A stretch of DNA of 64,000 nucleotides from the human T2T-CHM13v2.0 reference genome, Homo sapiens. A program made the translations under genes and the position numbers. Positions 13,501 to 25,500 of the stretch are shown here, piece by piece. The stretch is from assembly GCF_009914755.1 (NCBI RefSeq), contig NC_060926.1; one strand, written 5' to 3'. Numbering within the stretch: position 1 is the stretch's first letter; each line of letters starts with the position of its first letter. Below the pieces are notes generated by a model. That model made no database searches and was not told the DNA's origin. It was given only the letters and a program-made list of their open reading frames with translations.

Positions 13501-14011
13501 AGCATTCTCAGAAGCTTCATTGGGATGTTTCAATTGAAGTCACAGTGTTGAACAGTCCCTTTCATAGAGCAGGTTTGAAACACTCTTTTTGTAGTATCTG
13601 GAAGTGGACATTTGGAGAGATCTCAGGAATACGGTGATAAAGGAAATATCTTCCAATAAAAGCTAGATAGAAGCAATGTCAGAAACTTTTTCATGACGTA
13701 TCTACTCAGCTAACAGAGTTGAACCTTTCTTTTGAGAGAGCAGTTTTGAAACACTCTTTTTGTGGAATCTGCAAGTGGATATTTGTCTAGCTTTGAGGAT
13801 TTCGTTTGAAACGGGATTACATATAAAAAGCAGACAGCAGCATTCCCAGAAACTTCTTTGTGAAGTTTGCATTGAAGTCACAGAGTTGAACATTCCCTTT
13901 CATAGAGCAGGTTTGAAACACTCTTTTTGTAGTATCTGTATGTGGACATTTGGAGCGCTTTCAGGCCTATGGTGAAAAAGGAAATATCTTCCCCTGAAAA
14001 CTAGACAGAAG

Positions 14012-14349
14012 CATTCTCAGAAACTTATTTGTGATGTGCGCCCTCAACTAACAGTGTTGAAGCTTTCTTTTGATAGAGCAGTTTTGAAACACTCTTTTTG
14101 TAATATCTGCAAGAGGATATTTGGATAGCTTTGAGGATTTCGTTGGAAACGGGATTAATTATAAAAAGCAGACAGCAGCATTCCCAGAATCTTGTTTGTG
14201 ATGTTTGCATTCAAGTCACAGAGTTGAACATTCCCTTTCAGAGAGCAGGTTTGAAACACTCTTTTTATAGTATCTGGATGTGGACATTTGGAGCGCTTTC
14301 AGGCCTATGGTGAAAAAGGAAATATCTTCTCCTGAAAACTAGAGAGAAG
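14012..14349 (+). repeat. 338-bp dimer structural variant (hybrid 1/3 + monomer 4)
   Basis: Monomer 1 sequence runs up to the CENP-B box, then continues GGGATTAATTATAAAAAGCAGACAGCAG (monomer 3 end). Confidence 0.9.
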
Positions 14350-17067
14350 CATTCTCAGAATCTTATTTGTGATGTGCGCCCTCAACTAACAGTGTTGAAG
14401 CTTTCTTTTGATAGAGCAGTTTTGAAACACTCTTTTCGTAAAATCTGCAAGAGGATATTTGGATAGCTTTGAGGATTTCGTTGGAAACGGGATTGTCTTC
14501 ATATAAACTCTAGACAGAAGCATTCTCAGAAGCTTCATTGGGATGTTTCAATTGAAGTCACAGTGTTGAACAGTCCCTTTCATAGAGCAGGTTTGAAACA
14601 CTCTTTTTGTAGTATCTGGATGTGGACATTTGGAGCGCTTTCAGGCCTATGGTTTAAAAGGAAATATCTTCCCCTGAAAACTAGACAGAAGCATTCTCAG
14701 AAACTTATTTGTGATGTGCGCCCTCAACTAACACTGTTGAAGCATTCTTTTGATAGAGCAGTTTTGAAACACTCTTTTTGTGGAATCTGCAAGTGGATAT
14801 TTGTCTAGCTTTGAGGATTTCGTTGGAAACGGGATTACATATAAAAAGCAGACAGCAGCATTCCCAGAAACTTCTTTGTGATGTTTGCATTCAAGTCACA
14901 GAGTTGAACATTCCCTTTTATAGAGCAGGTTTGAAACACTCTTTTTGTAGTATCTGGATGTGGACATTTGGAGCGCTTTCAGGCCTATGGTGAAAAAGGA
15001 AATATCTTCCCCTGAAAACTAGACAGAAGCATTCTCAGAAACTTATTTGTGATGTGCGCCCTCAACTAACAGTGTTGAACCTTTCTTTTGATAGAGCAGT
15101 TTTGAAACACTCTTTTTGTAATATCTGCAAGAGGATATTTGGATAGCTTTGAGGATTTCTTTGGAAACGGGATTGTCTTCATATAAACTCTAGACAGAAG
15201 CATTCTCAGAAGCTTCATTGGGATGTTTCAATTGAAGTCACAGTGTTGAACAGTCCCTTTCATAGAGCAGGTTTGAAACACTCTTTTTGTAGTATCTGGA
15301 AGTGGACATTTGGAGAGATCTCAGGAATACGGTGATAAAGGAAATATCTTCCAATAAAAGCTACATAGAAGCAATGTCAGAAACTTTTTCATGATGTATC
15401 TACTCAGCTAACAGAGTTGAACCTTTCTTTTGAGAGAGCAGTTTTGAAACACTCTTTTTGTGGAATCTGCAAGTGGATATTTGTCTAGCTTTGAGGATTT
15501 CGTTGGAAACGGGATTACATATAAAAAGCAGACAGCAGCATTCCCAGTAACTTCTTTGTGGTGTTTGCATTCAAGTCACAGAGTTGAACATTCCCTTTCA
15601 TAGAGCAGGTTTGAAACACTCTTTTTGTAGTATCTGGATGTGGACATTTGGAGCGCTTTCAGGCCTATGGTGAAAAAGGAAATATCTTCCCCTGAAAACT
15701 AGACAGAAGCATTCTCAGAATCTTATTTGTGATGTGCGCCCTCAACTAACAGTGTTGAAGCTTTCTTTTGATAGAGCAGTTTTGAAACACTCTTTTTGTA
15801 AAATCTGCAAGAGGATATTTGGATAGCTTTGAGGATTTCGTTGGAAACGGGATTGTCTTCATATAAACTCCAGACAGAAGCATTCTCAGAAGCTTCATTG
15901 GGATGTTTCAGTTGAAGTCACAGTGTTGAACAGTCCCTTTCATAGAGCAGGTTTGAAACACTCTTTTTGTAGTATCTGGAAGTGGACATTTGGAGCGCTC
16001 TCAGGACTGCGGTGAAAAAGGAAATATCTTCCAATAAAAGCTAGATAGAAGCAATGTCAGAAACTTTTTCATGATGTATCTACTCAGCTAACAGAGTTGA
16101 ACCTTCCTTTGAGAGAGCAGTTTTGAAACACTCTTTTTGTGGAATCTGCAAGTGGATATTTGTCTAGCTTTGAGGATTTCGTTGGAAACGGGATTACATA
16201 TAAAAAGCAGACAGCAGCATTCCCAGAAACTTCTTTGTGATGTTTGCATTCAAGTCACAGAGTTGAACATTCCCTTTCATAGAGCAGGTTTGAAACACTC
16301 TTTTTGTAGTATCTGGATGTGGACATTTGGAGCGCTTTCAGGCCTATGGTGAAAAAGGAAATATCTTCCCCTGAAAACTAGACAGAAGCATTCTCAGAAT
16401 CTTATTTGTGATGTGCGCCCTCAACTAACAGTGTTGAAGCTTTCTTTTGATAGAGCAGTTTTGAAACACTCTTTTTGTAAAATCTGCAAGAGGATATTTG
16501 GATAGCTTTGAGGATTTCGTTGGAAACGGGATTGTCTTCATATAAACTCTAGACAGAAGAATTCTCAGAAGCTTCATTGGGATGTTTCAATTGAAGTCAC
16601 AGTGTTGAACAGTCCCTTTCATAGAGCAGGTTTGAAACACTCTTTTTGTAGTATCTGGAAGTGGACATTTGGAGCGCTCTCAGGACTGCGGTTAAAAAGG
16701 AAATATCTTCCAATAAAAGCTACATAGAAGCAATGTCAGAATCTTTTTCATGATGTGTCCACTCAGCTAACAGAGTTGAACCTTCCTTTGAGAGAGCAGT
16801 TTTGAAACACTCTTTTTGTGGAATCTGCAAGTGGATATTTGTCTAGCTTTGAGGATTTCGTTGGAAACGGGATTACATATAAAAAGCAGACAGCAGCATT
16901 CCCAGAAACTTCTTTGTGATATTTGCATTCAAGTCACAGAGTTGAACATTCCCTTTCATAGAGCAGGTTTGAAACACTCTTTTTGTAGTATCTGGATGTG
17001 GACATTTGGAGCGCTTTCAGCCCTATGGTGAAAAAGGAAATATCTTCCCCTGAAAACTAGACAGAAG

Positions 17068-17409
17068 CATTCTCAGAATCTTATTTGTGATGTGCGCCCT
17101 CAACTAACAGTGTTGAAGCTTTCTTTTGATAGAGCAGTTTTGAAACACTCTTTTTGTAAAATCTGCAAGAGGATATTTGGATAGCTTTGAGGATTTCGTT
17201 GGAAACGGGATTGTCTTCATATAAACTCTAGACAGAAGCATTCTCAGAAGCTTCATTGGGATGTTTCAGTTGAAGTCACAGTGTTGAACAGTCCCTTTGA
17301 TAGAGCAGGTTTGAAACACTCTTTTTGTAGTATCTGGATGTGGACATTTGCAGCGCTTTCAGACCTATGGTGAAAAAGGAAATATCTTCCCCTGAAAACT
17401 AGACAGAAG
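17068..17409 (+). repeat. 342-bp dimer structural variant (1 + 2/4)
   Basis: ORF spacing 16816 to 17837 is 1021 bp; carries CCCTTTGATAG and ATTTGCAGCG markers. Confidence 0.9.
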
Positions 17410-20400
17410 CATTCTCAGAAACTTATTTGTGATGTGCGCCCTCAACTAACAGTGTTGAAGCTTTCTTTTGATAGAGCAGTTTTGAAACACTCTTTTTGTA
17501 ATATCTGCAAGAGGATATTTGGATAGCTTTGAGGATTTCGTTGGAAACGGGATTGTCTTCATATAAACTCTAGACAGAAGCATTCCCAGAAGCTTCATTG
17601 GGATGTTTCAATTGAAGTCACAGTGTTGAACAGTCCCTTTCATAGAGCAGGTTTGAAACACTCTTTTTGTAGTATCTGGAAGTGGACATTTGGAACGCTC
17701 TCAGGACTGCGTTGAAAAAGGAAATATCTTCCAATAAAAGCTAGATAGAAGCAATGTCAGAAACTTTTTCATGATGTATCTACTCAGCTAACAGAGTTGA
17801 ACCTTCATTTGAGAGAGCAGTTTTGAAACACTCGTTTTGTGGAATCTGCAAGTGGATATTTGTCTAGCTTTGAGGATTTCGTTGGAAACGGGATTACATA
17901 TAAAAAGCAGACAGCAGCATTCCCAGAAACTTCTTTGTGATGTTTGCATTCAAGTCACAGAGTTGAACATTCCCTTTCATAGAGCAGGTTTGAAACACTC
18001 TTTTTGTAGTATCTGGATGTGGACATTTGCAGCGCTTTCAGGCATAAGGTGAAAAAGGAAATATCTTCCCCTGAAAACTAGACAGAAGCATTCTCAGAAA
18101 CTTATTTGTGATGTGCGCCCTCAACTAACAGTGTTGAACCTTTCTTTTGATAGAGCAGTTTAGAAACACTCTTTTTGTAATATCTGCAAGAGGATATTTG
18201 GATAGCTTTGAGGATTTCTTTGGAAACGGGATTGTCTTCATATAAACTCTAGACAGAAGCATTCTCAGAAGCTTCATTGGGATGTTTCAATTGAAGTCAC
18301 AGTGTTGAACAGTCCCTTTCATAGAGCAGGTTTGAAACACTCTTTTTGTAGTATCTGGAAGTGGACTTTTGGAGAGATCTCAGGAATACGGTGATAAAGG
18401 AAATATCTTCCAATAAAAGCTACATAGAAGCAATGTCAGAAACTTTTTCATGATGTATCTACTCAGCTAACAGAGTTGAACCTTTCTTTTGAGAGAGCAG
18501 TTTTGAAACACTCTTTTTGTGGAATCTGCAAGTGGATATTTGTCTAGCTTTGAGGATTTCGTTGGAAACGGGATTACATATAAAAAGCAGACAGCAGCAT
18601 TACCAGTAACTTCTTTGTGGTGTTTGCATTCAAGTCACAGAGTTGAACATTCCCTTTCATAGAGCAGGTTTGAAACACTCTTTTTGTAGTATCTGGATGT
18701 GGACATTTGGAGCGCTTTCAGGCCTATGGTGAAAAAGGAAATATCTTCCCCTGAAAACTAGACAGAAGCATTCTCAGAATCTTATTTGTGATGTGCGCCC
18801 TCAACTAACAGTGTTGAAGCTTTCTTTTGATAGAGCAGTTTTGAAACACTCTTTTTGTAAAATCTGCAAGAGGATATTTGGATAGCTTTGAGGATTTCGT
18901 TGGAAACGGGATTGTCTTCATATAAACTCCAGACAGAAGCATTCTCAGAAGCTTCATTGGGATGTTTCAGTTGAAGTCACAGTGTTGAACAGTCCCTTTC
19001 ATAGAGCAGGTTTGAAACACTCTTTTTGTAGTATCTGGAAGTGGACATTTGGAGCGCTCTCAGGACTGCGGTGAAAAAGGAAATATCTTCCAATAAAAGC
19101 TAGATAGAAGCAATGTCAGAAACTTTTTCATGATGTATCTACTCAGCTAACAGAGTTGAACCTTCCTTTGAGAGAGCAGTTTTGAAACACTCTTTTTGTG
19201 GAATCTGCAAGTGGATATTTGTCTAGCTTTGAGGATTTCGTTGGAAACGGGATTACATATAAAAAGCAGACAGCAGCATTCCCAGAAACTTCTTTGTGAT
19301 ATTTGCATTCAAGTCACAGAGTTGAACATTCCCTTTCATAGAGCAGGTTTGAAACACTCTTTTTGTAGTATCTGGATGTGGACATTTGGAGCGCTTTCAG
19401 GCCTATGGTGAAAACGGAAATATCTTCCCCTGAAAACTAGACAGAAGCATTCTCAGAATCTTATTTGTGATGTGCGCCCTCAACTAACAGTGTTGAAGCT
19501 TTCTTTTGATAGAGCAGTTTTGAAACACTCTTTTTGTAAAATCTGCAAGAGGATATTTGGATAGCTTTGAGGATTTCGTTGGAAACGGGATTGTCTTCAT
19601 ATAAACTCTAGACAGAAGCATTCTCAGAAGCTTCATTGGGATGTTTCAATTGAAGTCACAGTGTTGAACAGTCCCTTTCATAGAGCAGGTTTGAAACACT
19701 CTTTTTGTAGTATCTGGATGTGGACATTTCGAGCGCTTTCAGGCCTATGGTGAAAAAGGAAATATCTTCCCCTGAAAACTAGACAGAAGCATTCTCAGAA
19801 ACTTATTTGTGATGTGCGCCCTCAACTAACAGTGTTGAAGCTTTCTCTTGATAGAGCAGTTTTGAAACACTCTTTTTGTGGAATCTGCACGTGGATATTT
19901 GTCTAGCTTTGAGGATTTCGTTGGAAACGGGATTACATATAAAAAGCAGACAGCAGCATTCCCAGAATCTTCTTTGTGATGTTTGCATTCAAGTCACAGA
20001 GTTGAACATTCCCTTTCATAGAGCAGGTTTGAAACACTCTTTTTATAGTATCTGGATGTGGACATTTGGAGCGCTTTCAGGCCTATGGTGAAAAAGGAAA
20101 TATATTCTCCTGAAAACTAGACAGAAGCATTCTCAGAATCTTATTTGTGATGTGCGCCCTCAACTAACAGTGTTGAAGCTTTCTTTTGATAGAGCAGTTT
20201 TGAAACACTCTTTTTGTAAAATCTGCAAGAGGATATTTGGATAGCTTTGAGGATTTCGTTGGAAACGGGATTGTCTTCATATAAACTCTAGACAGAAGCA
20301 TTCTCAGAAGCTTCATTGGGATGTTTCAATTGAAGTCACAGTGTTGAACAGTCCCTTTCATAGAGCAGGTTTGAAACACTCTTTTTGTAGTATCTGGAAG

Positions 20401-22164
20401 TGGACATTTGGAGCGCTCTCAGGACTGCGGTGAAAAAGGAAATATCTTCCAATAAAAGCTAGATAGAAGCAATGTCAGAAACTTTTTCATGATGTATCTA
20501 CTCAGCTAACAGAGTTGAACCTTCCTTTGAGAGAGCAGTTTTGAAACACTCTTTTTGTGGAATCTGCAAGTGGATATTTGTCTAGCTTTGAGGATTGCGT
20601 TGGAAACGGGATTACATATAAAAAGCAGACAGCAGCATTCCCAGAAACTTCTTTGTGATGTTTGCATTCAAGTCACACAGTTGAACATTCCCTTTCATAG
20701 AGCAGGTTTGAAACACTCTTTTTGTAGTATCTGGATGTGGACATTTGGAGCGCTTTCAGGCCTATGGTGAAAAAGGAAATATCTTCCCCTGAAAACTAGA
20801 CAGAAGCATTCTCAGAATCTTATTTGTGATGTGCGCCCTCAACTAACAGTGTTGAAGCTTTCTTTTGATAGAGCAGTTTTGAAACACTCTTTTTGTAAAA
20901 TCTGCAAGAGGATATTTGGATAGCTTTGAGGATTTCGTTGGAAACGGGATTGTCTTCATATAAACTCTAGTCAGAAGCATTCTCAGAAGCTTCATTGGGA
21001 TGTTTCAATTGAAGTCACAGTGTTGAACAGTCCCTTTCATAGAGCAGGTTTGAAACACTCTTTTTGTAGTATCTGGAAGTGGACATTTGGAGCGCTCTCA
21101 GACTGCGGTGAAAAAGGAAATATCTTCCAATAAAAGCTACATAGAAGCAATGTCAGAATCTTTTTCATGATGTGTCTACTCAGCTAACAGAGTTGAACCT
21201 TCCTTTGAGAGAGCAGTTTTGAAACACTCTTTTTGTGGAATCTGCAAGTGGATATTTGTCTAGCTTTGAGGATTTCGTTGGAAACGGGATTACATATAAA
21301 AAGCAGACAGCAGCATTCCCAGAAACTTCTTTGTGATATTTGCATTTAAGTCACAGAGTTGAACATTCCCTTTCATAGAGCAGGTTTGAAACACTCTTTT
21401 TGTAGTATCTGGATGTGGACATTTGGAGCGCTTTCAGGCCTATGGTGAAAACGGAAATATCTTCCCCTGAAAACTAGACAGAAGCATTCTCAGAATCTTA
21501 TTTGTGATGTGCGCCCTCAACTAACAGTGTTGAAGCTTTCTTTTGATAGAGCAGTTTTGAAACACTCTTTTTGTAAAATCTGCAAGAGGATATTTGGATA
21601 GCTTTGAGGATTTCGTTGGAAACGGGATTGTCTTCATATAAACTCTAGACAGAAGCATTCTCAGAAGCTTCATTGGGATGTTTCAGTTGAAGTCACAGTG
21701 TTGAACAGTCCCTTTCATAGAGCAGGTTTGAAACACTCTTTTTGTAGTATCTGGAAGTGGACATTTGGAGTGCTCTCAGGACTGCGGTGAAAAAGGAAGT
21801 ATCTTCCAATAAAAGCTACATAGAAGCAATGTCAGAAACTTTTTCGTGAAGTATCTACTCAGCTAACAGAGTTGAACCTTTCTTTTGAGAGAGCAGTTTT
21901 GAAACACTCTTTTTGTGGAATCTGCAAGTGGATATTTGTCTAGCTTTGAGGATTTCGTTGGAAACGGGATTACATATAAAAAGCAGACAGCAGCATTCCC
22001 AGAAACTTCTTTGTGATGTTTGCATTCAAGTCACACAGTTGAACATTCCCTTTCATAGAGCAGGTTTGAAACACTCTTTTTGTAGTATCTGGATGTGGAC
22101 ATTTGGAGCGCTTTCAGCCCTATGGTGAAAAAGGAAATATCTTCTCCTGAAAACTAGACAGAAG

Positions 22165-22506
22165 CATTCTCAGAATCTTATTTGTGATGTGCGCCCTCAA
22201 CTAACAGTGTTGAAGCTTTCTTTTGATAGAGCAGTTTTGAAACACTCTTTTCGTAAAATCTGCAAGAGGATATTTTGATAGCTTTGAGGATTTCGTTGGA
22301 AACGGGATTGTCTTCATATAAACTCTAGACAGAAGCATTCTCAGAAGCTTCATTGGGATGTTTCAATTGAAGTCACAGTGTTGAACAGTCCCTTTGATAG
22401 AGCAGGTTTGAAACACTCTTTTTGTAGTATCTGGATGTGGACATTTGCAGCGCTTTCAGACATAAGGTGAAAAAGGAAATATCTTCCCCTGAAAACTAGA
22501 CAGAAG
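22165..22506 (+). repeat. 342-bp dimer structural variant (1 + 2/4)
   Basis: ORF spacing 21913 to 22934 is 1021 bp; same markers as the other 342-bp dimers. Confidence 0.9.
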
Positions 22507-25500
22507 CATTCTCAGAAACTTATTTGTGATGTGCGCCCTCAACTAACAGTGTTGAAGCTTTCTTTTGATAGAGCAGTTTTGAAACACTCTTTTTGTAATA
22601 TCTGCAAGAGGATATTTGGATAGCTTTGAGGATTTCGTTGGAAACGGGATTGTCTTCATATAAACTCTAGACAGAAGCATTCCCAGAAGCTTCATTGGGA
22701 TGTTTCAATTGAAGTCACAGTGTTGAACAGTCCCTTTCATAGAGCAGGTTTGAAACACTCTTTTTGTAGTATCTGGAAGTGGACATTTGGAACGCTCTCA
22801 GGACTGCGTTGAAAAAGGAAATATCTTCCAATAAAAGCTAGATAGAAGCAATGTCAGAAACTTTTTCATGATGTATCTACTCAGCTAACAGAGTTGAACC
22901 TTCATTTGAGAGAGCAGTTTTGAAACACTCGTTTTGTGGAATCTGCAAGTGGATATTTGTCTAGCTTTGAGGATTTCGTTGGAAACGGGATTACATATAA
23001 AAAGCAGACAGCAGCATTCCCAGAAACTTCTTTGTGATGTTTGCATTCAAGTCACAGAGTTGAACATTCCCTTTCATAGAGCAGGTTTGAAACACTCTTT
23101 TTGTAGTATCTGGATGTGGACATTTGCAGCGCTTTCAGGCATAAGGTGAAAAAGGAAATATCTTCCCCTGAAAACTAGACAGAAGCATTCTCAGAAACTT
23201 ATTTGTGATGTGCGCCCTCAACTAACAGTGTTGAACCTTTCTTTTGATAGAGCAGTTTAGAAACACTCTTTTTGTAATATCTGCAAGAGGATATTTGGAT
23301 AGCTTTGAGGATTTCTTTGGAAACGGGATTGTCTTCATATAAACTCTAGACAGAAGCATTCTCAGAAGCTTCATTGGGATGTTTCAATTGAAGTCACAGT
23401 GTTGAACAGTCCCTTTCATAGAGCAGGTTTGAAACACTCTTTTTGTAGTATCTGGAAGTGGACTTTTGGAGAGATCTCAGGAATACGGTGATAAAGGAAA
23501 TATCTTCCAATAAAAGCTACATAGAAGCAATGTCAGAAACTTTTTCATGATGTATCTACTCAGCTAACAGAGTTGAACCTTTCTTTTGAGAGAGCAGTTT
23601 TGAAACACTCTTTTTGTGGAATCTGCAAGTGGATATTTGTCTAGCTTTGAGGATTTCGTTGGAAACGGGATTACATATAAAAAGCAGACAGCAGCATTAC
23701 CAGTAACTTCTTTGTGGTGTTTGCATTCAAGTCACAGAGTTGAACATTCCCTTTCATAGAGCAGGTTTGAAACACTCTTTTTGTAGTATCTGGATGTGGA
23801 CATTTGGAGCGCTTTCAGGCCTATGGTGAAAAAGGAAATATCTTCCCCTGAAAACTAGACAGAAGCATTCTCAGAATCTTATTTGTGATGTGCGCCCTCA
23901 ACTAACAGTGTTGAAGCTTTCTTTTGATAGAGCAGTTTTGAAACACTCTTTTTGTAAAATCTGCAAGAGGATATTTGGATAGCTTTGAGGATTTCGTTGG
24001 AAACGGGATTGTCTTCATATAAACTCCAGACAGAAGCATTCTCAGAAGCTTCATTGGGATGTTTCAGTTGAAGTCACAGTGTTGAACAGTCCCTTTCATA
24101 GAGCAGGTTTGAAACACTCTTTTTGTAGTATCTGGAAGTGGACATTTGGAGCGCTCTCAGGACTGCGGTGAAAAAGGAAATATCTTCCAATAAAAGCTAG
24201 ATAGAAGCAATGTCAGAAACTTTTTCATGATGTATCTACTCAGCTAACAGAGTTGAACCTTCCTTTGAGAGAGCAGTTTTGAAACACTCTTTTTGTGGAA
24301 TCTGCAAGTGGATATTTGTCTAGCTTTGAGGATTTCGTTGGAAACGGGATTACATATAAAAAGCAGACAGCAGCATTCCCAGAAACTTCTTTGTGATATT
24401 TGCATTCAAGTCACAGAGTTGAACATTCCCTTTCATAGAGCAGGTTTGAAACACTCTTTTTGTAGTATCTGGATGTGGACATTTGGAGCGCTTTCAGGCC
24501 TATGGTGAAAACGGAAATATCTTCCCCTGAAAACTAGACAGAAGCATTCTCAGAATCTTATTTGTGATGTGCGCCCTCAACTAACAGTGTTGAAGCTTTC
24601 TTTTGATAGAGCAGTTTTGAAACACTCTTTTTGTAAAATCTGCAAGAGGATATTTGGATAGCTTTGAGGATTTCGTTGGAAACGGGATTGTCTTCATATA
24701 AACTCTAGACAGAAGCATTCTCAGAAGCTTCATTGGGATGTTTCAATTGAAGTCACAGTGTTGAACAGTCCCTTTCATAGAGCAGGTTTGAAACACTCTT
24801 TTTGTAGTATCTGGATGTGGACATTTCGAGCGCTTTCAGGCCTATGGTGAAAAAGGAAATATCTTCCCCTGAAAACTAGACAGAAGCATTCTCAGAAACT
24901 TATTTGTGATGTGCGCCCTCAACTAACAGTGTTGAAGCTTTCTCTTGATAGAGCAGTTTTGAAACACTCTTTTTGTGGAATCTGCACGTGGATATTTGTC
25001 TAGCTTTGAGGATTTCGTTGGAAACGGGATTACATATAAAAAGCAGACAGCAGCATTCCCAGAATCTTCTTTGTGATGTTTGCATTCAAGTCACAGAGTT
25101 GAACATTCCCTTTCATAGAGCAGGTTTGAAACACTCTTTTTATAGTATCTGGATGTGGACATTTGGAGCGCTTTCAGGCCTATGGTGAAAAAGGAAATAT
25201 ATTCTCCTGAAAACTAGACAGAAGCATTCTCAGAATCTTATTTGTGATGTGCGCCCTCAACTAACAGTGTTGAAGCTTTCTTTTGATAGAGCAGTTTTGA
25301 AACACTCTTTTTGTAAAATCTGCAAGAGGATATTTGGATAGCTTTGAGGATTTCGTTGGAAACGGGATTGTCTTCATATAAACTCTAGACAGAAGCATTC
25401 TCAGAAGCTTCATTGGGATGTTTCAATTGAAGTCACAGTGTTGAACAGTCCCTTTCATAGAGCAGGTTTGAAACACTCTTTTTGTAGTATCTGGAAGTGG

